From contig CM052832.1 in the NCBI GenBank assembly GCA_028534125.1, positions 10,604,001 to 10,668,000 of the forward strand: a stretch of 64,000 nucleotides of DNA, in the 5' to 3' direction. A program made the position numbers and the translations under genes. This document shows, piece after piece, positions 49,047 to 59,869 of this stretch; positions within the stretch are counted from its first letter, which is position 1; each line of letters opens with the position of its first letter. This DNA is from Lama glama. Lineage: Eukaryota. The notes beneath the pieces were generated by a model. That model saw nothing but the letters and a program-made list of their open reading frames with translations, did not search any database and was not told where the DNA came from.

Positions 49047-49137
49047 TTTTTTTTTTTTTTAATGGAAGTACTGGGGATTGAACCCAGGACCTCATTCATG
49101 CTAGAACGTGCTCTATCACTGAGTTATACCCTCCCCC
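49047..49137 (-). mobile_element. tRNA-derived short SINE, camelid Vic-1-like
   Basis: Minus strand reads GGGGAGGGTATAACTCAGTGATAGAGCACG...GTCCTGGGTTCAATCCCCAGTACTTCCATT(A)14. It has an A-box-like TAACTCAGTGA, B-box GGTTCAATCC and an A-tail. Confidence 0.82.
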
Positions 49138-50714
49138 TAGGATTGTTTTACACCTTGCAACTACACTGTGTTCAGCTGAAGGATTAGGGGAATTTTGTGG
49201 AGGAGGGTTTGGGTGAAGGTAGTTAATGGGTTCAGGACTGGACCTCCTACCTCAGCCTTATTCATGTTGGGGTCAGATCACAGGGGAAGCCATGGTGTGG
49301 GAGGAAGTTTGGGGACCATTCCAGGTGTGTGTGGCCTAGGCTAGGTCTACATGGCACTTCACGGGGGAAAGCACAACTCCAGGGGATGGGAGTTAGTGGC
49401 AGGGTCACAGAACATGCTGTTTTGGGTCCTTTTGAAACCTGTGTGAATGCCCGGGACAGGGTTGGCAATAGGACTGTGCAAGGCATCCTAAGGGAGGATC
49501 TGGAACCTGGATTGGGGAACCTTCTGTTGAGGAAGAAGGCATCTGATTCAGCCTGGTCTGTATGTGGAGAGAAGGCCAGAAAAAACATCCCCCTGGGCTG
49601 TGATTCCTGTTCCCCACCCCCCGAACACCCATTCCCCAGGGCTGAGCCTTGTAATGGGAAGAGGGAGCTCCTGAATATTTTGGTTTGAAGAAGCTGGATA
49701 AGCATCTGGGGCAAGAAAACGGGCCATGAGCCAGGAACAGAAGAGGGCATGAGACCTCCAGTCCAGAGGACCGAGGTCCAGAGGAATGCTTGCGGGGGTG
49801 GGGTTCCAGGAACTGGGGGAGTCGGGTACAGAAACGGATTATGGGGCCTGTGTCTAGGGTGTGACATGCGGTGATGTTGAGGGGGTGGGTGTAACCACGA
49901 GGAAGAGACAGGAGTCAGGGAGCCCATGGAGGCCAGAATGGGGCAAGAGCCACAGGAGGAGAGCTGGGATGGGAACCGACTAAGGCGGGGGCCTCCTAGC
50001 CTCTCCCAGCACAAAGGCAGGCCGCCCGGAGCCGAAGAAGGCCCACCCTAGTCCTACTCTCTCCAGGGGAGAAGTCCAGGCCCCAAGCTTATTTCCAGGA
50101 CTGTGGGATCAGCCTGTTCCATAAATCTCGGGCCGTGTGCATATGGCACATAATTGGGAGGCGCTGCAGGTACCAGCAGCCCCAGGATAAAGCCCAGGCG
50201 GGGAGAGAGAGAGTTGGCACTTGAGTTACAGGGCAGGCTGGCGGGGTGCTGGTGGCTGGCCCAGCTGGGGGTGTGAGTTATCTCGGGCCAGGCCACCCTG
50301 CCGAGCTGCTGCTCTGCGGCTCCGGGCTGATATTTACTGTATATTGGTTTTTAAATTACAGTACAGCATCGATTCCCTGCTCTTGAAGTGCAGCCCTCAC
50401 TTGCCGTCCCCGTCTCACTTGGCCTTTCTCTGCCTCTCCTCCTCTACTTACATTGTATCGTGTTACCTACCCCATAGTACTACGTTAGTATTACTTTATA
50501 TTTATTAGAGGATGCACTATTTCCAGCCCTTCCACATATATACTCTTGATGGTTTTCAAAGCTTGACTCACAGCCATGTTTATTTATTTTGGATCCCATG
50601 ACAGTGAGGAAGTAGGGCAAGTAGGGTTGTCTCCATTTAAAGGTGAGGAAATGGGCTCAGAGATGCTAATGGAATGACCAGGTCATACTTGGATTGAATT
50701 ATATCATACTATAC

Positions 50715-50960
50715 CATCAGAATAATGGCTACTGGGTATTGAATGCTTAGAGTGGGCCCAGCACTGTTCTAATGTAAGCTTTATATACTCACTTTATCTC
50801 CACATTAATTCTGTGGAGTGGGCACTCTTTAGTTCATTTTACAAGTGAGGAAACAGGCTCAGAGAAGTTAAGTCACTTGCCCAAGGTTGCACAGCTAGTA
50901 AGAGGGCAGAGCCTGGATGCGAACCTGGGCAGCCCGGCTCCTGAGCCCATACTCTATCCA
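50715..50960 (-). mobile_element. MIR SINE
   Basis: cattttacaagtgaggaaacaggctcagagaagttaagtcacttgcccaaggttgcacagctagtaag. Confidence 0.88.
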
Positions 50961-52329
50961 TGATCCAAGCTGTGACATGTTGTGACAGGTAGTCAGGATG
51001 AGAGGGTGGGGACAGAGGTGGGATGGCTTCCCAGTGTTATGAGGGGTATTCATGTTCTTGCACACGTTCAGTTTCTGTAATAGTTCTCCTGCACCCAAGG
51101 GAAGGGCCTCAGGGACCTCTTGGCAGCTGGAAATGTCTCCAGAGTGGGGTTTCAGTTCCAATCACAGGCAAAGCTGCTTTGAGCTGGGCCTGACTCTCAG
51201 GGGCTCAGTGGGCCAGCAGGCATCAGAGGAGGAGCTGGTGGTACCTGGGGGCCTTGCTTCTTCTGCCAGGCACGGCCCCCTCTCTCCCTGGGAGCCACTG
51301 CTGAGCATTGCCCTCTGTGGACCTGAGACTCCTGCCTGAGCAGAAGCTTGGAAGGGGTGCCGGGTTCAGTTTGGACTTCAGCGACAAGTCCTTCCTCTCC
51401 AGGTTCCTCATAACCCCTGCCTCGTACCCCTATCCTGGGGAGATGTTGTCATGGCTTGAGTTTGGGTCCCTTTACACAGCTTGACGTGGCTCACAAGCTT
51501 ATCTCCTGTCCCCTAGCTCTCACTCACGGGGAAGAGAAGGCAGATGTTCTGGGGGAAGCAGGGGTCCCTGCACCATCTGTGTGTCCCTTGCTAAAAGCAG
51601 GGAGGAGAGTGAGCAACAGGGGTCTGGCCCTGAGGAGGCTTCTCTGGCCAGACTTCCTGGAAGTGAGCTTCATGGTGCCAAGAAGCCTGCCCCCGAGAGT
51701 GCCGCCCTGCACAGTGGCACTTCCGTAGACCCGCTGTGAGGCGGGGCTCCGGTTCCTGGGGCTCCCTGGCCAGCCTCCATGCCATTTGGCCTTGCTCAGG
51801 GGCCTTTAACGAGGGAAGTGTAAAGTGTAAGGAAAAAGGACCCCTACACTCCGTCCCATGGGCTCAGAATCATTAGCTCACACCCTCCGCGAGCTGGACA
51901 TGGACCTGGAACTGGCTGGCGTGTCCGTTGTTTCTCTTGCTAACAGCTACTGTTTACTGAGCACTTGCTGTGTGAGAAGTCTAGCACCATGGCCGAGACC
52001 CAGGAATCAGTGTGGGTTCAAATCTCAGCAGTCCTACCGATGAGCTGTGTGGCCTTGGGCAGGTCACTTCTCTCCAGGCCTCCTCTGTAAAACGGGGCTC
52101 ACACCAGTCCCTAACCCCCTGGGTCGTGGTGACTGTGAAATGAGTGAACATCTACAACGTGCTGCAGTGTCCGGCACCGGGTGCGTGTCCGTGAGGTGTG
52201 TGCTGGTGCGGCAGTTCACGTGCATTCCCGCCTTCCGTTCCGTTGCTACCTTTGCAAATTACGTGTTACTTCCCTCTGTGCAGGTGTGGAAACTGAAGCT
52301 CACAATAGCCATGGGACTTCCTCCGGCTC

Positions 52330-52435
52330 TAAGGTGACCAGCTGATCCTGTTGGTCTGGGACTGAGGGGATTCCTCAGGTGCAGGACTTTCCGTTTTAAA
52401 ACCAGGAAAGACCCAGGCCAGCTGGATGAGTCCCA
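52330..52435. mobile_element. hAT-Blackjack MITE fragment (MER81/MER94-like)
   Basis: taaggtgaccagctgatcc...gggactgagggattcc...gactttccgttttaaaaccagg; related to the 15425-15547 copy. Confidence 0.6.
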
Positions 52436-53654
52436 AGTCACAGAAACCGTGTGGCCGAGCCAGGATTTGACCCCGGTCGTGTCTGATTCCCACTCCCTGC
52501 CCTGACCCACCACTCTAGACCCCCCCGGGGACGGTACCTCTCCTAGCTGCCCGCATTTGCTGAGCCCCTGCTGGCTTTCGAGATGCTGTCCTATTTCATC
52601 CTCACAGAACTTTGTGAATTAGACATTCCTATCCAGAGTTTACAAAGAGGAAACTGAGACACAGAGAGGTGAAGCCTGCCTCACTCAGGGTCACCCAGCC
52701 AGGAGGCGGCTGAGCGGGGCTTTGAGCCCGGCTCTCGGGCGCCAGTGCCCCACACTCTTGGCCACTCTGCCAAGGCTCCCCTTATAGCTCTTCCCAGTTC
52801 CCTCCATACTCATGGCCTCCTTTTCTCATTCTAGTAGCTTGTGGAGTAGGCAGGGCAGGTATTTTTATCCCTGTGTACAGGTCAGAAAATGGGAGCTCAG
52901 AGAGGCCAAGTTACTTAGCTGATGACACAGAGCTTGTAAGTGACAAAAGCTTCACCAGGAGTCCTCAGCTGGTACTTGTCACCGTGCTTGCCTTGTCTGA
53001 TAATTGGCAGGAGGCTCCCAGCCCAGCCTAGCCCAGTCCGGCTCAAATTCCTCGAGGCCTGAGGTCTCAGTCAGCACGGGGTCCCCTGTGCAGAGGGCTG
53101 CTTCCACGGCTTGGGCTCCGGATTGTCACCCCCTGATCCTCCCCCAGCAGGTAGAGGAGGTACCTGGCTGCAGTGGACACACCTGCTGGCCTCACAGCTC
53201 CTCTCCCCCAACCAGCTGGGGACTGAATATAGAACGGGCTGCATTTTCCTGGGAGGGCATTAATACCAGGCTGCCTTCTAAGGCAACTAAATAAAAGAGT
53301 TGGGAAGGATAGTGACAAGAGTCTATAAATTCTGAATGATGTTCAGGAAAGTGGCCTGGCCCCCAGGGCCCATAAAACCGAGGCAGCTTGCTGAGTTGAG
53401 GGTGATTTATAGGGCCCTGCATCTGCCACGGGGTCACCTGCCCATCAAGCCTCCCACTTATAAAGTGCTTTTCTTTTTAACCTCCAAGCTCTTTTCAGAA
53501 TTCTTGGCATTTCATGCTTGTCCTCAAGCCACTTGAAAGGGCTGAATTACTCCCCCTTTTAACAGACAGGGAAACTGAGGCATAGAGCAGATTAGTGAAT
53601 AGCCCAGGCTCACAAAGGGAGCCAGGTCCCTTGAATCTGTCCTGGGAAATTCTC

Positions 53655-53885
53655 ACTAACATTTATGCTGATTAAGCACTTACCACTTGCTAGGAATTGT
53701 TCACTTTACACTTATCAGCTCATTTAATCTCCGCCACAAGCCTAGGACATAGGACTGTTATTACCACTGTCATTTGTATTTTAGAGTGAGGAGACAGAGG
53801 CAGAGAAAGTTTAAGTCACTTGCCCAGGACCACAGAGCTGGGAAGTTTCAAGGCTGCGATTTGGAGCTACATTCTTAACCATCAT
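53655..53885 (-). mobile_element. MIR SINE
   Basis: ctcatttaatctcc...gagacagaggcagagaaagtttaagtcacttgcccaggaccacagag. Confidence 0.8.
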
Positions 53886-55099
53886 GCTAATAGTAAAACA
53901 TAAAAGCAGAATGGCCTGTGACAGTGAGGAGGGGTGACTGCCATCCCTGGGGGCCTGTCGTCCTAGGAGACAGCGAGGCGCCTCTGTTCTGGGTGCTCTG
54001 TGCTCTGCGCAGCCTCAGTGCAGTCAGGTCAAGATAGTCCTAAAGGAGCAGTGAGGCAGCAGGGGCTGTGAAAGCTGGTGGTGAAGGGGCATGGGAAAAG
54101 CTCTGGCTTTCTCCTATTTTAGGTGGGCTCTGGGCTGTGGCCACCTCTTTCCCCATTGCCCCGCCTGGTGGGGTTTGCTGAGGGGAAGGGATGGGGCCTC
54201 ACTGCTGCAGATTGTAACTTTACCACTGCTTTCCCGTCAGAGATGAGAGATCAGCCATGAGGGTGAGCCAAGGGGCTCTGCTGGGGGCAGAGGGCCTGTA
54301 ACATCCCCTTCTTCTGGCCAAGGTCTGTGAGACCCCCAGATCGGTGGAGGAGAAAGCAGGTAGAAGGACTTCTCCTGGTTTTCTCCCTCCTGAATTTCTT
54401 CAGGATGCTGCCAGTCTGGCATTGCAGATGACAGATATTTATCAAACACATAGTACTGGTCAGCTGCTGGGTTACAGAGGCCAGCCAGACTTGGTCCCTT
54501 CCTTCTAGATGTTCCCAATCCGGGAGGGGAGGCGGAGAGGTAAATGGGCAATTACAGTATACAGTGATGGTGCTAGGATTGGAGGTGAGGAACTGAGAGA
54601 GCTTCCAGGAGGAGGCGATTCTCCCCAGCTCCACCGCAGGCACCTCTCGCTAAGTGACTGCATCAAGCACCTGGGGCCCACCCTCACATGGACACTGTGC
54701 ACACCCTGCTGAAAACCTCACTGCTCTCAGGATAAAGTCCTGGATCATTAGGTGGCCTGCAAAGCACCGTCCCTGTCAGCGTCATCAGCATCTTTACCTG
54801 TCCGTGCCTTCTCCCCACCCCCACTGGCCTTCCACAGTTCCTAGAACGCATCATCGTGTTCACTGGCCCCCTCTCTGGAACACCATTTCCCTACACTCTG
54901 CTTGGCTGGATCCTTTTCATCCTTCAAGGGCCAGCTTCAGTATTCTCCTGGGGATGGCTTGACCACCCAGTCTAAGTCAGGTCCTTGCTGCTCTCACTCA
55001 GGCAGCATTTTTTTTTTTCCATAACCCCTTTTCTACTCTCTATTTGCTCTTTTGTTTATTGCTTCCCTCTTGCAGCCTGTGAACAACATGAGGACAGGA

Positions 55100-55350
55100 A
55101 TTAAAAGCACAGACTGGTACTCGGACTGCCTGCATGCAAGTCCCACAGCAATGCTCACCAGCTGTGTGACCCTAGGAAAGTTGCTTCCCCTCTCTGTGTT
55201 CCAAGTACCCCATGTGTAAAATGGGGGAAATAATAGTACCTATCCCATCAAGGTGTTGTTCCAGTTTAATGAGTTAATATATGTAAAGCACTTAGGATGC
55301 AGTCTGGCATGTGGCAGGTGCTCAGTAAATATTAGCTATCATTATTATTT
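55100..55350 (+). mobile_element. MIR SINE (near full length)
   Basis: ccagctgtgtgaccctagg...tgtaaaatggggg..ataatagtacct...gagttaatatatgtaaagcacttag...gctcagtaaatattagctatcattatt. Confidence 0.9.
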
Positions 55351-55457
55351 TTATATCCAGTGCTTAGAATAGCGCCCAACTCAATAAATATTTGATGATT
55401 AAATGAGACACCTGGGCTGAATCTTCAAGGGAGTGGGTGGGGCTTGGTTAAAGAGAA

Positions 55458-55632
55458 CAGTGGTTCTTGATCCTGGCTGCACAGTGAAATCACCTGGGGG
55501 GCTTTAAAAATCAGTGATGCCTGGGCCCTGATCTCAAGAGAGATTGTTCTGATTTAATTTTGCTGGATGTGGCCTGGGCATTGAAGTTTTTTTAAAGGTC
55601 TCTGGGGATTCTGATTCCAGGGTTGAGAACGG
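55458..55632. mobile_element. MER5A-like MITE
   Basis: cagtggttctt...gaaatcacctgggggctttaaaaa...gattgttctgatttaatt...cagggttgagaac. Confidence 0.75.
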
Positions 55633-57067
55633 AGATGGGGAAAGGCAGGCACTCACAACACCAAGGGCATCATGCAGCTGGAAGGCCTTGCTGGAGGAAG
55701 TCCTTGAGAAGGGAACAGAGAGAGTGAGGCCAGGGGCAGGGAGTTGCATGGTGACTCAGGAAGGCAGGGCCAAGCCAGAAAGGGCCCCACATGCCATGCT
55801 AAGGAGCTTATGCTTGAGGGGGAAGTCGTGGGGAGCCTGGAAGGCTTTTAAGCCAGCAATGACATGGTCCGATTTGCCTTTAAGGAAATTGGCCTGCGTG
55901 GATGTGTGGAGGATGGATTACTGTGAATGAGATTGAAGGCGCAGAGATCAGAGGGCAGAAGCCCTTCTGCCCCTGTGAGAGCAGTTCAGGACCCAGCTTG
56001 TACAGGAAAAGGGACTTGCTTGTTCCCTGTTTAATTTCTTAATCCTCCTTGGCATGTCTGAACAGTGAGATCTGGACAGTGCAGGAGTCTTCCTTGCCCC
56101 CCTGCCCCAGTTGCAATTGAAACCTCTGTCACTCCAGGCTGATGTAAACCCTGTCTCATCCTGACCACGGAAGGGCTTTTCTCTCTGGGTTTCTAAGCCA
56201 GATTCCCAAGTCGCAGCAAAAATTCTCAATTCCACAGCCCCCTGGCCCCCAGGCTGGTTGTGTCAACCTGGCAACCCCTCCCAGGCCTGCTTCCTCATCT
56301 GTGATGCCCTCCCAGTCTCTGATCTAAATTTACCAGTTTTCTCCAGGTTCCAGGCTGGTCCACCCTTGAAGCAACAGGCTTCCCCCTCAGGGCCTTCTCT
56401 CCCAGCAGCAGCTGGAGTATTTTCTTAATCTTCCCCTGCATCTGGTTCATAGGTGAGGGTCACACTTTCTGACTCCCAGGTCCTTGGCCACCAAGCTATT
56501 TCCGTCTCATTGTTCAATTGTCCTACATGTGAATGTGGGTCCCAGAGCTGTGTTTGGATGGCAGGGCTCTTGACGAAGTGGCCCATGTCCTTCCCACTGT
56601 ACTGCACTGTATACCACCCCAGAGAGGCCGTATAGATGGGTGCTTCAAGCTGCCTCTGCTACTTACTGGACTGTGATCTTGGGCAAGTCATTTGACCTCC
56701 TTGCACCTTAGTTTCCTTATTTCTAAAATGGGGCTGAAAACTCAGAGACATTTAGTTAATCCAGTGCCACCAGTGATAGTCATGGTTTGGGATTGGCCAT
56801 CCAATTCAGAGGATACAATAAGCTTTATTTTACACTCTGTTTCTTAGCATTAGGGGAGGATTTGGGACAGGACAGGTAATAAAGCACACAGAGCATCTTC
56901 ATTTCCGTCTCGTGGGGCGGCCCAGCAGCTGCCCATCGAAACAACTTTTTTGCCCCTTACCCGCGAGGGGCATGTCAGCTGCTGTGGATAAGAGCAGAGA
57001 TGCATTGAGTCTCCTTGGTACAGGGAAGCTGCAGCCTCAATTTCCCGCTATCTGTATACCATTTTAG

Positions 57068-57309
57068 AGACCCACTGGGAGCAGTGGTTTTCGGGGGCTT
57101 CCATCTGGATGAGCGTCACCTGTTGCTATTTTTATAACACAGTTCTTTGTGACTAAGCTGGAATGAAGCTGAAGCAAAGGTAGACATGGAAGCAGCTGAG
57201 TCGCCAGACGTTCTGCCTTCCTGTCGGCATGAGGGCCTGCCCTGGGCAAACAGTCTCATCTCCTGGACTGCTGAGAAGCCAGAAGAGAAATCAGGGTGGA
57301 AGCGACAGG
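57068..57309 (+). repeat. Left arm of a ~240-bp inverted repeat
   Basis: Reverse complement of 58994-59234; 57166-57302 is an exact reverse complement of 59001-59137. Confidence 0.97.
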
Positions 57310-57999
57310 GTCTCCTCTCTGTCTCTCTTCTGTTTCCTCATCTTTAACTTTGGGAGATGGAAGAGTTACAGGCTAACATCCTACGGACTCTAAGGAAATG
57401 GGTCTGCATCTTTCTACGTTAAGCCTACTCTTTGTGTTCCTCTTTAAGACTGCTCTCAAAAGTCATCATCCCAAGATTTGGCTGGAATATGTGTTCTTGT
57501 CCTACAGTGATTTGTCTTGGGGTCCCAATCCTCTTCCAGATGGTCCTGGCTATTATACATCCTGCCTCAGGGCAGGCAGAGCAGTGCTCCCTCCATTATG
57601 GCTGAGAACTTTTCTTAGAGATGTGGGAAGGCTAGAAATGCCTTATCAGTCTTAAGACTTTCATCTGAACAGACAGGTGCCATGATGTTGTGTTTCTGAG
57701 TCTGTGTCTCAAATCGTCAGAGCTTTGATGGCAGGACTATCTGCCTCCATCACTGCACATAGCACTTGCTTCAGCCACGCAAGTGGAGGGGGTGCTGTAT
57801 GAATATTCATGCTTCTGTGATGCTGAGGGCTGCAGTGATGGTGGGGATGGTGGCGGAGGAGGTTGAGGGGATGGTGAGGATGGAGAGTGTGACTGCCCTG
57901 ATGGTGCCGCTGGCTGTTGTGGTCGTGGTGTAGGGAAAGGCTGGGGAGATAGGTAGGGCATCTTAGGTGGTTAAGAAGTATTTTTGCACAAAGCGATGG

Positions 58000-58460
58000 A
58001 AGGGTATTGGAGGATTATAATTTAAGGGAAGGGGAACCAAATTTATGTATTGAAAAACTCCCTATAATTGTATGGTGGAAAATTCCTCAGAGGATGATAA
58101 ACATGAGTAGATGACGACTAGTTAAGAGACCATTGGAATAATCCAGGAGGGAGATAATGGTGGCTTGGATTGGGGTGACAGAGGTGGGATGGAGACAACT
58201 GGGCAGATGCTGGAGCTACTTAGGTGGTGATACCAATGGGACTTGGTGGTGATTGGATAATACCTCAGTCAGACTTGGGATGTGAGAAGAGTGATGAATT
58301 CATCTTATTAAAGATGAACCTTAGGTTTCTGACTTGGGCAACTGGATGGACCATTAGATTATAAGCTCCATGAGGGCAGGGACTTTGTTGTGTCCACCTG
58401 TATCCCCAGCCCTCAAGCAGCAGCTGGCACATGGTAGATCCTCAGGGTGTTGGTCGGATG
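58000..58460. mobile_element. L2 fragments (antisense body plus a sense 3' end) in the inverted-repeat spacer
   Basis: gagataatggtggcttggatt...ggtttctgacttgggcaactggatgg, then agattataagctccatgagggcagggactttg...tatccccagc. Confidence 0.7.
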
Positions 58461-58993
58461 ACTACTGCTGTTGACTCCTGGTTCATGATGGACACTGTAT
58501 ATCACAATTTTTGGTTCCCATGCCTGTGTCCTCCTTCCCCTGGACACCAAGCACTCTTGGAGCTGACCCACAGATGGATGGTTATGGGGCTGAATCTCAG
58601 GCTTAGATGAAACTGAATTTAAATCCCAGGACTTTCCTTCACTGGCTGAGTGATTTGGGTAAAGTCAGTTAACTTCCCTAAGCCTCAATATATTCACCTC
58701 CAAAATGGGGGTGAAAAGAGCACTTACCTCACATGGTTGTTAAACCGATTACATGAGGTAATATAATGAGATAATGTTGTAAAGCACTGAGCCCACTTAC
58801 TGGACCATGGTTGATGGTGGTAGACATTTAAGAGAAGTTAATCATCTGAACCTCACATCCAGCACATTGCCAGCACATAGAGGGTGTGTCTGTGGGGTGA
58901 GAGGGTGAGGAAATGAGTGGAGACGGGGAAGCTGCTGAAGACTTTGGGGACAAGCCTGGAGATATTGGGAGCTGATGCTCCTTCCACATCCAT

Positions 58994-59234
58994 CCTGTCA
59001 CTTCCACCCTGATTTCTCTTCTGGCTTCTCAGCAGTCCAGGAGATGAGACTGTTTGCCCAGGGCAGGCCCTCATGCCGACAGGAAGGCAGAACGTCTGGC
59101 GACTCAGCTGCTTCCATGTCTACCTTTGCTTCAGCTTAATTCCAGCTTAGTCACAAAGAACTGTTATAAAAATAGCAACAGGTGACGCTCATCCAGACGG
59201 AAGCCCCTGGAAACCGCTGCTCCCAGCGGTGTCT
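58994..59234 (-). repeat. Right arm of a ~240-bp inverted repeat
   Basis: Reverse complement of 57068-57309 with about 7 substitutions and 2 small indels by manual alignment. Confidence 0.97.
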
Positions 59235-59831
59235 GCGCCATGATGAGTGACTGTGGATTGACAGGGAGCCCCTGGCAGCTGCTGCTCCCTGTGCCTTTCC
59301 TCCCGTTGCTGGGGAAGTGGGAACTCAGCAAGCCTGAGGACCCTGGAGCACCTCCCAGAGGAGGAGGCAGAGGGAGTTCACTGGCCCAGCAGCTGTCCCT
59401 GCTGCTGTCTTCACAGTCCTCACTGGAGAGAGAGGAAGATGCACATTGAGGATTTGAGCTATTGACTGGATGCAGAGAGACAGATATTTTGAAAGCAGGG
59501 CAGAGAGAGGCGCCCAGCCACACCTGTGGATACCGTATGGGTGTACAGTGAGGGGTCTCTGCACATGGGGCCCTTTGAGCCATCTGTCAGCTTAGAGTCA
59601 ACCCTCAGGGAGATGTGGGTGTGACCAGAAGCCAGCTAGTGGGCTGTCAGAGCTTGGTCAAAATCTGGATTTGGCCTTAGGGAGACATGACACGCACTCC
59701 TGTACAGACAGAGGCCTAGGTACTGACCCTCCCTTCCTCTCTGGCCAGCCCCACCCTCACACTCACCTGCAGCCCTGAGGGATGCAGCCATGGGCAAGAC
59801 CCAAATTGGGCCTCTTGGGAATAATGGAGCC

Positions 59832-59869
59832 TGTGTGTGTGTGTGCGCGCGCGCGTGCGTGCGTGCACG
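59832..59869 (+). repeat. (TG)n(CG)n alternating purine-pyrimidine microsatellite
   Basis: tgtgtgtgtgtgtgcgcgcgcgcgtgcgtgcgtgcacg, read directly. Confidence 0.95.

Noticed and set aside
49061..49137. Possible tRNA gene
   Set aside because: It has A and B boxes but an A-tail, no proper acceptor stem and no downstream T-run terminator; it is a SINE.
49262..50014. 250-aa minus-strand ORF
   Set aside because: Pro/Ser-rich, no recognisable family, and no supporting splice or promoter context.
55700..58350. Idea that the L2 pieces at ~55.7-55.9 kb and ~58.1-58.35 kb are one element split by the inverted duplication
   Set aside because: 58000-58110 appears to cover the same part of L2 as the 55.8-kb piece, so they are more likely independent copies.
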